From positions 18,109 to 82,108 of the forward strand of contig JBHELK010000119.1 of assembly GCA_046263085.1 (NCBI GenBank): a DNA stretch of 64,000 nt. Direction: 5' to 3'. Within the stretch, counting starts at the first letter, position 1. Each line of letters opens with the position of its first letter. Positions 17,914 through 27,097 of this stretch are shown here, in pieces. This DNA comes from Actinomycetota bacterium (GTDB taxonomy: Bacteria > Actinomycetota > UBA4738 > JACQTL01). A program made the position numbers and the translations under genes. The notes under the pieces are model-generated. The model had not been told where the DNA came from. It saw nothing but the letters and a program-made list of their open reading frames with translations, and did no database searches.

Positions 17914-19549
17914 GATCGAACGCGGATTTTTCGGGCGAATCGGACTCGTGGCGCCCGCGGTCGCCGCCCCCATGGCCGAGACGGCCATCCTGCGGGCCGT
18001 GGCCCCGGGGAGCGTGGGGCTCGCCCCGCAGATCACGGCACCGCCCCCCCTCGACCTCTTCCACGACCTGCGCTGGATCTCGGTGTTCCACAACTCGTGG
18101 GTCGCCCTGGCGCTGGAGCTCCTCGGCGTCATCGCCCTGCGAAGCGTCTGGATGGCCTGGGTGGTCCACCATGCCTGGCCCGAGGGCGAGCCCGCTCCCG
18201 CCATGCGTCCCGCAGCCCGGCGGGCCTCCTTCTTCTATGCCCTCTCCACCTTGTTGTTCGTGCCGTGGGTGGTGCTGCTGTTCGGGCTCGCCTTCTCCCA
18301 CCTGTCGTTCCTGTTCTTCGCGGCGATCCCGCCGGCGCTCGCCATCGCGGCGATCGTCCACCGGGGGGCGGCCAGCCGGGCCGCCGGCGCGCGGCTCGGA
18401 TGGCGTCCCACCTGGCGGAGCCTCGCCTGGATCCTCGGCTCCTTCGTGTGGCTCACGATCTCGGGTGCCGTCGTGACCACGGCCTCCGCACCGGTCGCGC
18501 TCGCCGCGGCAGCGGCGGCCGGGCTGTTGAACGCCCGAGCGGCATACGGAGTGGTGCAGGACATCGCGCTCCGGCACACGCGGCGGCCCCTCCCTGCCCT
18601 CGTCCCCGCGCTCGTCACCACGGTCTTCGTGGTCACCGTGGGGGGCTCAGCGCTGGGGTTCGCCCTCACCGCGGGTCATCAGCACGCTGGGCATCGCCAT
18701 GCCGGCGTCTTGCCGGCAGCGGCCCCCGGGGAGCATCCCGTTCTGATCGCGGCGGGGCTCCACAGCCGGTACGACCCCCGCTCTCCGCTTCGCCTTCCAC
18801 GCGGGTACGTGGCGTGGCGGTTCTCCTACCGGGGTCTCGGATCGAGGGGCCGTCCCCTGTCGTACGGGCCCGCGGCCACACAGCAGTCCCTGCTCGTCTC
18901 GGCGCACCGGATGGCAAGGCAGGTGGAGGCGCTGCACCGCGCGTACGGCGAACCGGTCACGGTGGTCGCGGAGAGCGAGGGCGCGCTCGTCGCTCGGACC
19001 TACCTGCTCGACCTGTACCCCCCCGCGACGCACGCCGTCGATCGACTGATCACCCTCGACATGCCATCGGGCTCGTCCGCCGTGTACTTCCCGCCGCGAG
19101 GTCGGCAGGGATGGGGCGTCGGCAGCGGGTGGGGCCTGCGGGGGCTGGCCCGATTGCTGGGCGCCATCGCGCCGCTGCGGCTCTCGGTCGACTCGAGCCT
19201 CGGCCGCGAGTTCATCGACTGCCGCGCGCTGCTGGCGCGGTTGGCCGTGACCCCCCAGCCAGCCGGCGTGCAGGAGGTCTCCTTCCAAGCTCTTGCCGAC
19301 ATGGTCGACCCGCCTGCGGAAGCGCCGCCCGGCATCCAGACGTACCTCGTCGGCGCGCCGCACGGCGGGATGATGGAACGGCGCTCGGTGCAGGACCTGA
19401 TCCAGGGGATCCTGTCGGGCGGATCCTCCGCGCAGAACGACCGGGGCCCGGGTTTCGTGGCTCGCCTCGTGGCGGCCACCGCTCGGCCGTGGGAATCCCC
19501 CAGCCTGCCCCTCGCACTCGACCCGTCGGGATCCTGCGTCGGCGGGTAG
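17912..19549 (+). CDS. Membrane-anchored alpha/beta-hydrolase-like protein (putative lipase/esterase, PGAP1-like)
   Basis: The N-terminal ~270 aa contain multiple TM helices. The C-terminal domain carries VTVVAESEGALVARTYL, an AxSxG nucleophile-elbow-like motif. The start may instead be the second ATG, around 17972. Confidence 0.6.
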   Translation: MIERGFFGRIGLVAPAVAAPMAETAILRAVAPGSVGLAPQITAPPPLDLFHDLRWISVFHNSWVALALELLGVIALRSVWMAWVVHHAWPEGEPAPAMRPAARRASFFYALSTLLFVPWVVLLFGLAFSHLSFLFFAAIPPALAIAAIVHRGAASRAAGARLGWRPTWRSLAWILGSFVWLTISGAVVTTASAPVALAAAAAAGLLNARAAYGVVQDIALRHTRRPLPALVPALVTTVFVVTVGGSALGFALTAGHQHAGHRHAGVLPAAAPGEHPVLIAAGLHSRYDPRSPLRLPRGYVAWRFSYRGLGSRGRPLSYGPAATQQSLLVSAHRMARQVEALHRAYGEPVTVVAESEGALVARTYLLDLYPPATHAVDRLITLDMPSGSSAVYFPPRGRQGWGVGSGWGLRGLARLLGAIAPLRLSVDSSLGREFIDCRALLARLAVTPQPAGVQEVSFQALADMVDPPAEAPPGIQTYLVGAPHGGMMERRSVQDLIQGILSGGSSAQNDRGPGFVARLVAATARPWESPSLPLALDPSGSCVGG

Positions 19550-19559
19550 TCTCTGGCCG

Positions 19560-20414
19560 GTGGACGCCGTCATCTTCGAGGAACATCCGGAGCTCGAACG
19601 ACCCGTCCTGATCACCGCGTTCCGCGGATGGAACGACGCCGGCGAATCGGCCACCGCGGCCGCGACGTTCCTGAAGGACACATGGGACGCCGAGCCGTTC
19701 GCCCGCATCGATCCGGAGGAGTTCTTCGACTTCCAGGTGGCGCGTCCGGTCGTGCGGCTGGTCGACGGGGTGAGCCGCGTCATCGAGTGGCCGTCGTGCG
19801 AGTTCCACTTCGCTCGCCGGGAGGGCCGCGACATCGTGCTGTTCATCGGGCTCGAGCCCAACAACAGGTGGCGGACGTTCGCGACGTCGATCGTCGACGT
19901 CGGCCGCGCCCTGGGCGCGGAGCGATTGATCACGCTCGGCGCGTTCATGGCCGACGTGCCCCACACACGCGAGGTCCCCGTGGTCGGGTCGGCACCCTCG
20001 CCCGAGGAGGCCGAACGGCTCGGGCTCGAGGCGTCGCGCTACGAGGGGCCCACCGGCATCGTGGGCGTGCTGCACGACGTCTCGAACCGCTCGCAGCTCC
20101 CCTCGGTCAGCTTCTGGGCAGCGGCGCCGCACTACGTGCCGGCCGGCGTCAACCCGAAGGCGACGCTCGCGCTGGTCCAGCGCATCTCGGCGTTCCTCGA
20201 CCTTCCCGTGGACACCGCGGAGCTCTCTCCCAGCATCGAGAGCTGGGAGGCCCGGGTCTCGGAGCTCGTCTCCGAGAACGAGGCGCTGGCCGAGTACGTG
20301 CACCGCCTCGAGGAGACGGCCGGCGACGACATCCAGATGGGGAACCTCCCGTCGGCCGACGCCCTGGCCGCCGAGATCGAGCGCTTCCTGCGGGAGCGAG
20401 GGGGGTCGGCATGA
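19560..20414 (+). CDS. PAC2 (proteasome assembly chaperone 2-like) family protein
   Basis: LITAFRGWNDAGESATAAATFL...GLEPNNRW are typical of the actinobacterial PAC2 family (PF09754). Confidence 0.75.
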   Translation: MDAVIFEEHPELERPVLITAFRGWNDAGESATAAATFLKDTWDAEPFARIDPEEFFDFQVARPVVRLVDGVSRVIEWPSCEFHFARREGRDIVLFIGLEPNNRWRTFATSIVDVGRALGAERLITLGAFMADVPHTREVPVVGSAPSPEEAERLGLEASRYEGPTGIVGVLHDVSNRSQLPSVSFWAAAPHYVPAGVNPKATLALVQRISAFLDLPVDTAELSPSIESWEARVSELVSENEALAEYVHRLEETAGDDIQMGNLPSADALAAEIERFLRERGGSA

Positions 20415-21181
20415 TCGGGCGGCTCCTCGGCTCGCGGGAGGATCGCGGCATGGTCCCGCACGAGGGGCCGGTGCCACCCGACGAGCCCAAGAAGCCGGCC
20501 ACCGGGGGACGCAGCGGCGCCCTGCGGGCGGCCGTGTTCGGCATCAACGACGGCCTGCTCTCCAATCTGTCCCTCATCATCGGGGTCACGGGCGCCACGG
20601 TGAACAACACGATCGTGGTGGTGGCGGGGCTGGCGGGGCTGCTCGCAGGGGCGTTCTCGATGGGGTACGGCGAGTACATCTCGATGCGCGTGCAGCGCGA
20701 GCTCTTCGAGCGGCTGATCCACCTCGAGGCGCACGAGCTGGCCACCGAGCCCGAAGAGGAGCGCATCGAGCTGTCGGGGATCTACCAGCGCAAGGGGGTG
20801 CCGGCCGACGTTGCGGAGCGGCTCGTCGACGTGATCCACAAGGACCCGAAGCTGGCACTCGAGACCCACGCGCGAGAGGAGCTGGGGCTCGACCCCGAGG
20901 GTGGGCTCGGCTCCCCGTGGGCGGCGGCCCTCTCGTCGTTCGTCATGTTCTCCATCGGGGCCGTCATCCCACTGTTCCCCTTCCTGGTGGGCTCGGGACA
21001 CGCCGCCCAGCTCGCGGCGGTGATCGCCGGCGCCACGACGCTGTTCACCGTGGGATCGCTGATGTCGATCATCACGGGCAAGCACGCGTTCCGCTCCGGC
21101 CTCCGCATGCTCGTGGGGGGATGTGCCATCGCGGCCATCACGTACGCCGTCGGCCGCGCGTTCCACGCGAACGTGGCCTAG
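20411..21181 (+). CDS. VIT1/CCC1 family iron/manganese transporter
   Basis: FGINDGLLSNLSLIIGV...GYGEYISMR motifs of the VIT family plus C-terminal TM helices. The ATG overlaps the PAC2 stop in an ATGA arrangement. The long ORF-track N-terminus (from 19628) is a frame shadow over PAC2. Confidence 0.8.
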   Translation: MIGRLLGSREDRGMVPHEGPVPPDEPKKPATGGRSGALRAAVFGINDGLLSNLSLIIGVTGATVNNTIVVVAGLAGLLAGAFSMGYGEYISMRVQRELFERLIHLEAHELATEPEEERIELSGIYQRKGVPADVAERLVDVIHKDPKLALETHAREELGLDPEGGLGSPWAAALSSFVMFSIGAVIPLFPFLVGSGHAAQLAAVIAGATTLFTVGSLMSIITGKHAFRSGLRMLVGGCAIAAITYAVGRAFHANVA

Positions 21182-21837
21182 TCTCCCGCCGGGTCGCCGG
21201 CCGCCTCCCGGTCCGCCAGGACGATCACCGCATCCGAGCGCACGCGCGCAGCCGGGACGCGCTGGTCCCCTTCCATGAGCCTGCGGAGCGGCTCGCGCTT
21301 GGACCGGCCGGCGACGAGGAACAGGGAGAGCTTCGCCGCGTTGAGCACGGGCAGGGTGAGTGTCAACCGCGGATGCTCGGGTGGCATGCCGGGGTGCTCG
21401 ACGCGGACGACGGGCTCGCCGGTCACATCGAGCGCGGGGTCGCCGGGGAAGAGCGAGGCCGTGTGACCGTCGTCGCCGAGCCCCAGGAACACCAGGTCGA
21501 ACAGGGGAACCCCGGAGCCGAAGACGTCCTGTAGCTCCGCTCGGTAGGCGTCCGGGTCGCATTCCGACATCGGATGTGACCGCGCCGGGACCTTCGCCAG
21601 CAGCGCCTCGTTCGCCATGCGGAAGTTCGAGTCGGGATGATCGGACGGTACGCATCGCTCGTCGCCGAAGAAGGCGTCGACGTCACGCCACGGATACGGC
21701 GTCTGGGCCAGGCGCTCGTAGACGGGCTTCGGCGTCGAGCCGCCGGAGAGGGCGATCGTGCGAGGAGTGGTCTCGAGGAACAGCTCGACGGCCGCGTCGA
21801 CGAGGTCGTCGACGACGCGAAGGTCCCGCACGCTCAC
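21178..21837 (-). CDS. pgl: 6-phosphogluconolactonase
   Basis: IALSGGSTP...LGLGDDGHTASLFPG are canonical Pgl/DevB motifs. The GTG start at 21837 overlaps the pgi stop in a GTGA arrangement. The upstream ORF extension is Arg-rich noise. Confidence 0.75.
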   Translation of the reverse strand: MSVRDLRVVDDLVDAAVELFLETTPRTIALSGGSTPKPVYERLAQTPYPWRDVDAFFGDERCVPSDHPDSNFRMANEALLAKVPARSHPMSECDPDAYRAELQDVFGSGVPLFDLVFLGLGDDGHTASLFPGDPALDVTGEPVVRVEHPGMPPEHPRLTLTLPVLNAAKLSLFLVAGRSKREPLRRLMEGDQRVPAARVRSDAVIVLADREAAGDPAGD

Positions 21838-23345
21838 GCCGACTCGAGTTGACGCCGTGTGACGCGTACGACTCGGCGGTCGCGGTCCCGCAGGGCCATC
21901 AGGTCCCCCGCGGCCTGAGCCCGGATGAGGGTGCCGAACGTGTACGGCTTCCCGGGGATCTCGACGTCCTCCTTCGGTTCGTCCACGACCTGGAGGAACA
22001 GGCCCGTGTTGGGGCCGCCTTTGTGGAGCTGCCCCGTCGAGTGAAGGAACCGCGGTCCGAACCCGACGGTGGTGGCCACACGCAGCCGGTCGCGCAGACG
22101 CATCCGGACGTCGTGGAGACGGCGCTTCGAGTCGTCGTCGCGGTGGACGTACGCCTGGATGGCCAGGTACTCCCCGGGGCGCGCCGACGCCAGCAGCTCG
22201 GCCGGATCGCCGGGCTCCGGATCGGGGATGTCGCCCGACTCCAGGATCCGCTTCGTGGCGTCCTTCGCCGACTGCACGTCCGGCTGGTTGAACGGCTGGA
22301 TGCCGAGGACCGCCCCGGCAACGGCGGTCGCGAACTCCCATCGGTACATCTCGGCTCCGAGTCCCTCCCCGTCGACGTGGACGACGGGGTGCCCGGCTTC
22401 CTCCAGCGCGGCGGTAACCCCGGGATCGACGTACGAGACGAACAGGCGATCGTCGCCGTACACGCCGGGATCGCCGAGGTCCTCGCCCTCAACCGGGAGG
22501 ATCCCCTTCCCCTCCTTGCCGGTGGACTCGGCGATGAGCTGCTCGACCCAGTACCCGAAGGATCGGAGCGGCTCGGGCAGCACCAGGGTGAGCTTGTCGC
22601 GGCCCTCGTTGTGCGCCTCGCCGAGCGCGGCGCCCAGGGCCAGCCCGGGGTGCGTCGTGGGGTCGGCGCCGGCGGCGCATCGGGCTTCCATGGACGACGC
22701 GTCGCGGACGAGGCCGGCGAGATCGGCGCCGATCAACGCCGCGTTCACCATCCCGAAGTACGACAGCGCCGAGTACCGGCCCCCGATGTCGGGCTGGTTC
22801 TGCCACGTCCGGCGGAACCCGCGATCCTTCGCGAGGTCCTCGAGCGGTGTGCCCGGGTCGGTGATCGCGACGAACCGGGCTCCTTCTTCTGTCAGGGACC
22901 AGAAGTGCTCGAAGTGCGACAGCGTCTCCGTGGTGGTCCCCGACTTCGAGGCGATCACGAACAACGTGCGATCCAGATCGAGCGAGTGCTGCACGGCCAG
23001 GATCTGGTCGGGATGCGTCGAGTCCAGGACGATGATCTCGAGGGCGCCGTCGGCAACGCCGAACGAGTCGCGAAACACCTCCGGGGCGAGCGACGAGCCG
23101 CCCATGCCGCACAGGACGGCCGTGGTCAGGCCGTCGGACGCGCAATCCCTTGCGAAGATCTGGAGCTCGTCGAGGTCGACGGCGTGGTGGACGGTGAGCC
23201 AGCCCAGCCGGTCGGTGATCTCCGTGGGGTCGTCGCTCCACAGCGTGTGATCCTTCTGCCAGATCCTTCGGGGGAACTCCTCGGCGGCCAGGGCCTGGAC
23301 ACGTCGCCGGACCTTCGCGTCGAAGCGCCGGTCACCGCTCCTCAT
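21834..23345 (-). CDS. pgi: Glucose-6-phosphate isomerase
   Basis: LCGMGGSSLAPEV...FVIASKSGTTTET...GGRYS conserved PGI motifs in a ~500 aa protein. Confidence 0.85.
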   Translation of the reverse strand: MRSGDRRFDAKVRRRVQALAAEEFPRRIWQKDHTLWSDDPTEITDRLGWLTVHHAVDLDELQIFARDCASDGLTTAVLCGMGGSSLAPEVFRDSFGVADGALEIIVLDSTHPDQILAVQHSLDLDRTLFVIASKSGTTTETLSHFEHFWSLTEEGARFVAITDPGTPLEDLAKDRGFRRTWQNQPDIGGRYSALSYFGMVNAALIGADLAGLVRDASSMEARCAAGADPTTHPGLALGAALGEAHNEGRDKLTLVLPEPLRSFGYWVEQLIAESTGKEGKGILPVEGEDLGDPGVYGDDRLFVSYVDPGVTAALEEAGHPVVHVDGEGLGAEMYRWEFATAVAGAVLGIQPFNQPDVQSAKDATKRILESGDIPDPEPGDPAELLASARPGEYLAIQAYVHRDDDSKRRLHDVRMRLRDRLRVATTVGFGPRFLHSTGQLHKGGPNTGLFLQVVDEPKEDVEIPGKPYTFGTLIRAQAAGDLMALRDRDRRVVRVTRRQLESA

Positions 23346-23772
23346 CGGAGGGCTCCTCTCCCACGAGCTCCTCCAGCGCGGTTCGGAAGGCGGCGAACCG
23401 GCGCCAGCCGAGCTGCCGGCGGGCCCGGGACTCGACAGCCGCCATGGCCCGCCTGGCCTCCGCCACGTAGTTCCGTCCCCTGGCCGTGAGTCGGACGATC
23501 TTGGCGCGGCCGTCCTCCGGGTCGGGCACGCGGCGCACGTATCCGCGCTCCTCGAGCTCGTCCACGAGCAACATCATTCCCTGTTTCGTCATGCGCGCTC
23601 GCCGCGCGAGCTCGGTGAGCCGGGTGCCGGTGCGGCGGTCGATGGTCATGAAGAGCGCGGCGTGTCCGGGGCGGACGTCGGCGTAGCCGCGCTCGGACAG
23701 GCCTTCGAGGAGCTCGCCGCCCAGCGCGCGGTGCGCCTCGAGCAGCAGGCGGGAGACTGGGGTCTCGACCAT
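23332..23772 (-). CDS. MarR family transcriptional regulator
   Basis: Winged helix matching MarR: LTELARRARMTKQGMMLLVDELEERGYVRRVPDPEDGRAKIVRLTARG. Confidence 0.8.
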   Translation of the reverse strand: MVETPVSRLLLEAHRALGGELLEGLSERGYADVRPGHAALFMTIDRRTGTRLTELARRARMTKQGMMLLVDELEERGYVRRVPDPEDGRAKIVRLTARGRNYVAEARRAMAAVESRARRQLGWRRFAAFRTALEELVGEEPSDEER

Positions 23773-23851
23773 GAGCGGCCATCGTCGCCGAGGGGCTCGT
23801 GTCCGTCAATCTCCTTGACCAGATTTCGAAGTGGCGTAATGAATGCGGGCG

Positions 23852-24775
23852 TCAGATGTCGCCGAGATCGGCGCACTTCTCGCGGATGCCCTCGGCTGCC
23901 TCGCGGAGCCGCGAGAGCTCCTGCTCGGAGAGATCGAGCTCGACGATCTCCTCGACGCCCTTCTTCCCGAGCTTCGCCGGCACGCCGACGTAGACCCCGT
24001 CGATGCCGAACTGGCCGGTCGTCCAGGCGCAGACCGGGAGGACCTCCTTCGTGTCGCCGGCGATGGCGTTCACCATCTGCGCGATCGATGCGCTGGGGGC
24101 GTAATACGCGCTCCCCTTCTTCAGCATCGCGACGATCTCGGCGCCGGCGTCACGGGTGCGCTGGTACAGCCGCTCCAGCGTGTCGTCGTCAACGAGCTCC
24201 GTGAGCGGCTTGCCCTGGACGGTGGCGTGACCCGGCAGCGGCACCATCGACTCCCCGTGCGAGCCGAGGGTCATGGCTTCCACGCTGCTCGGCGAGACGT
24301 TCAGCTCCTCGGCGATGAAGTACCGGAGCCGGCTGGAATCGAGCACGCCGGCCATCCCCATCACTCGGTTGCGGTCGAACCCACTGGTCTCCGCCGCCAG
24401 ATACGTCATCTCGTCCAGGGGGTTCGTGACCACGATGATGATGGCGTCGGGCGAGTGTTGCTTGATGTTCTGCACGACGTCTTGGACGATGCCGGCGTTC
24501 TTCTCGAGGAGATCCATCCTGCTCATGCCCGGTTGCCGGGGAAGGCCGGCCGTGATCACGACGACGTCGGAGCCGCCCGTGTCGGCGTAGTCATTCGTCC
24601 CGGTGATGGCGGGCTCGAAACCCTCGACCGGAGAGGACTCCTTCATGTCGAGGGCGACGCCCTGCGGCAGGCCCTCCACGATGTCGATGAGCACGACCTC
24701 CGCGAGGCCTTTCTGGACCACCCGCATGGCTGTGGTCGCTCCCACGAACCCGCTTCCGACGACGGTGACTCGCAT
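23852..24775 (-). CDS. mdh: Malate dehydrogenase (LDH-like family)
   Basis: VTVVGSGFVGATTA Rossmann motif, ...ITAGLPRQPGMSRMDL..., catalytic His region and full-length similarity to the family. An AAGGAG RBS precedes the ATG. Confidence 0.9.
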   Translation of the reverse strand: MRVTVVGSGFVGATTAMRVVQKGLAEVVLIDIVEGLPQGVALDMKESSPVEGFEPAITGTNDYADTGGSDVVVITAGLPRQPGMSRMDLLEKNAGIVQDVVQNIKQHSPDAIIIVVTNPLDEMTYLAAETSGFDRNRVMGMAGVLDSSRLRYFIAEELNVSPSSVEAMTLGSHGESMVPLPGHATVQGKPLTELVDDDTLERLYQRTRDAGAEIVAMLKKGSAYYAPSASIAQMVNAIAGDTKEVLPVCAWTTGQFGIDGVYVGVPAKLGKKGVEEIVELDLSEQELSRLREAAEGIREKCADLGDI

Positions 24776-24943
24776 CTCCGATCAGCTCCTTGGTTCGGCG
24801 GTTGGCGGCATCCTACCGAGAGGAGCCAGGCACTCGGTCCCGGGCTCGTCGGAGGCAGCCCCGGGACGGTGCCATGCAGCGATTCCTCGTCGACTGTGAG
24901 CGCGGTCACAGACGGGATGAGTCCTCCTCTCTATTCTCGCGAC

Positions 24944-26119
24944 ATGAGCACGTTGCGGTCCGTTCTCGATGAGATGCGCATGGAGGATCCGTCGCGAATG
25001 AGCGAGACCGAGCTCGAGGAAGGGCTGCTGGAGCGCGAGCGCGCGGCGAACGTGTTGCTCGCGGACCGGGCTCGGTGGCTGGCGGAAGTCGAACGCCGGC
25101 AGACGTTCCGCAAGGACGGATTCCTCACCCCCGAGGCGTGGCTCTCGGCTCGGACCAATCTCTCGTACTCCGATGCGAAGCGTCAGGTGAGGACCGCGCG
25201 AGCGCTTGACCGGATGCCGGCCACACGAGAGGCGCTGGCCGGCGGCGAGGTGTCCTCCTCCACCGTTCGCGTGCTGGTCCATGCGCAGGAGACGAATCCA
25301 GAGGAGTTTCCGGAGGCCGAGGCGATGCTGCTCGACGCCGCCCGCACCAGTTCTCCAAAGGAACTGGCATCCACCGTGACGTCGTGGCGTATCGCCGCTG
25401 ACGAGGGTTCCGGCGAACGCGAGGAGCGCATGTTCCGACGCCGTGCCATGACGGTCCTGCCGACCCTCGAGGGGATGGTACGGATGGACGGGAATCTCGA
25501 CCCCGAATCGGGTCAGACCGTCATCACAGCGATCCGGGCCTACATCGATGCCGAGGTTCGCGCATCACGAGACACGAGAAGCCCGATGCAGCGGCGCGCC
25601 GACGCGATCACGGGGATATGCCGCTGGTGGCTCGACTCATCGGATCGCCCAACAGTGGCGGGAGAGCGACCGCATCTGACCGTCGTCGTCGACGCCGAGG
25701 CCCTCGAGACGGGGATCGGACGCTGTGAGTTCGAGGACACTGGTCCGACGTCACCGGAGACAGCCGCCCGTATCGCCTGCGATTCGACGATCACCCGACT
25801 CGTGATGAAGGGCCGGTCGATGCCGATCGACGTGGGTCGGGCCACGCCTGTGATCCCCGGGCCGATGCGGAAGGCGCTGGTGGCTCGGGACAACGGATGC
25901 CGCTTTCCTGGATGCGGCCTCCCGGCGCCCTGGTGCGACGGCCACCACATCGTCCACCTGGCCCACGGGGGCGTGACCGCCCTCTCGAATCTCGTGCTGC
26001 TCTGCCGTCGCCACCATCGGTTGATCCACCAGCGCGCCTTCTCGGTCAGGATGATCGGTGAACAACCGGTGTTCTTCCGCGCTGACGGAACTCAACTGCA
26101 GGAGCGGCGGCCTCCGTAG
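24944..26119 (+). CDS. DUF222 domain HNH endonuclease (REP13E12-like family)
   Basis: The N-terminal DUF222-like region is followed by the HNH motif CRFPGCGLPAPWCDGHHIVHLAHGGVTALSNLVLLCRRHH. The first two-thirds of the ORF-track ORF (from 23843) is antisense to mdh and was trimmed. Confidence 0.8.
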   Translation: MSTLRSVLDEMRMEDPSRMSETELEEGLLERERAANVLLADRARWLAEVERRQTFRKDGFLTPEAWLSARTNLSYSDAKRQVRTARALDRMPATREALAGGEVSSSTVRVLVHAQETNPEEFPEAEAMLLDAARTSSPKELASTVTSWRIAADEGSGEREERMFRRRAMTVLPTLEGMVRMDGNLDPESGQTVITAIRAYIDAEVRASRDTRSPMQRRADAITGICRWWLDSSDRPTVAGERPHLTVVVDAEALETGIGRCEFEDTGPTSPETAARIACDSTITRLVMKGRSMPIDVGRATPVIPGPMRKALVARDNGCRFPGCGLPAPWCDGHHIVHLAHGGVTALSNLVLLCRRHHRLIHQRAFSVRMIGEQPVFFRADGTQLQERRPP

Positions 26120-26122
26120 GTC

Positions 26123-27097
26123 TCAGCCGGCGGCGAGGGTCTGAGTGAGGCCCGTGTCGAGGTCGCGGGGCGAGTAGCCGAGCTCCGCGCGAGCCTTGGC
26201 GTCGCTCGCGTAGAACGTGGCGCCGACGTTCCTGAGCATCTCGCGCATGTTCGACGGGAGGCCGGTGAGCCGGCTCACGATCCGCCCGAACGGAAGCCCG
26301 AGTTTGAGCGCGCCGTCGGGGATCGTGAGACGCGGCGGCTTGCGCCCGGCAGCGCGGGAGATGCGCGCGATAGCATCCTTCAGGTTCGCGATCTCGCCAC
26401 CCAGCACGTAGGACTCGCCGATCTTGCCCCTCTCGTGGGCCAGGATGATGCCGTCGGCGACGTCCTCGACGTACACCCAGTTGAAGCCGGCGCGCGGCAT
26501 GATGTTGACCGGCAGCATGCCCTTGCGGATGAACTTCATCATGATCCCGAGGATCGACGGATCGTTCGGCCCGTAGATCCCGCCTGGCTGCACGATCACG
26601 ATCGGCGCGCCCTTGGCGACCCGATCCTTCGCCAGCTCATGGGCGAAGTACTTGGTCTCCTCGTAATACGACATGAAGTCGGTCGGCTCGCGGTGGAACG
26701 TCTCGTCGACGGTCTGACCGTGCGTGTCCCCGAAGACGCCGATGGTCGAGACGTAGACCATCTTCGGCACGCCCGCCTCCACGGTCGCGTCGATGACCCG
26801 CTCCGTCCCTTTGACGTTGGCGTCGTACATCGCGGCTTGCTGGGCCTCGGGGATCCCGACCTCGTACATCGCGGCGACGTGGAACACGGCGTCACAGCCG
26901 ACGACGGCCTTGCGGATCACGTCCTCGTCGGAGAGATCACCCTGCACGATCTCGCATCCGAGCTCGCGGACCTGCGTCGCCTTCTGCGGCGACCTGACCA
27001 GAGCCACCACGTCGTCGCCTCGCTCTCGCAACTTGCGCGCGAGATGACCGCCGACGAAGCCCGTGCCCCCGGTGACGAAGGCGCGCATCCTACGCAC
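26123..27097 (-). CDS. NAD-dependent epimerase/dehydratase family protein (SDR, atypical)
   Basis: [18 protein letters not shown] Rossmann motif, plus a YxxxK-type catalytic region ([12 protein letters not shown]). Confidence 0.8.
   Translation of the reverse strand: MRRMRAFVTGGTGFVGGHLARKLRERGDDVVALVRSPQKATQVRELGCEIVQGDLSDEDVIRKAVVGCDAVFHVAAMYEVGIPEAQQAAMYDANVKGTERVIDATVEAGVPKMVYVSTIGVFGDTHGQTVDETFHREPTDFMSYYEETKYFAHELAKDRVAKGAPIVIVQPGGIYGPNDPSILGIMMKFIRKGMLPVNIMPRAGFNWVYVEDVADGIILAHERGKIGESYVLGGEIANLKDAIARISRAAGRKPPRLTIPDGALKLGLPFGRIVSRLTGLPSNMREMLRNVGATFYASDAKARAELGYSPRDLDTGLTQTLAAG

Noticed and set aside
15116-18577. 1153 aa minus-strand ORF overlapping the GAF-GGDEF-HD-GYP gene
   Set aside because: It is an alternate frame of the same region. 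Its product is extremely Arg/Gly-rich and has no domain motifs, whereas the 15106 frame contains the GGEEF and HD-GYP motifs.
19628-20410. N-terminal 260 codons of the 517 aa ORF 19628-21181
   Set aside because: This part overlaps the PAC2 gene in another frame and has Arg/Gly-rich composition. The real VIT gene starts at the ATG at 20411.
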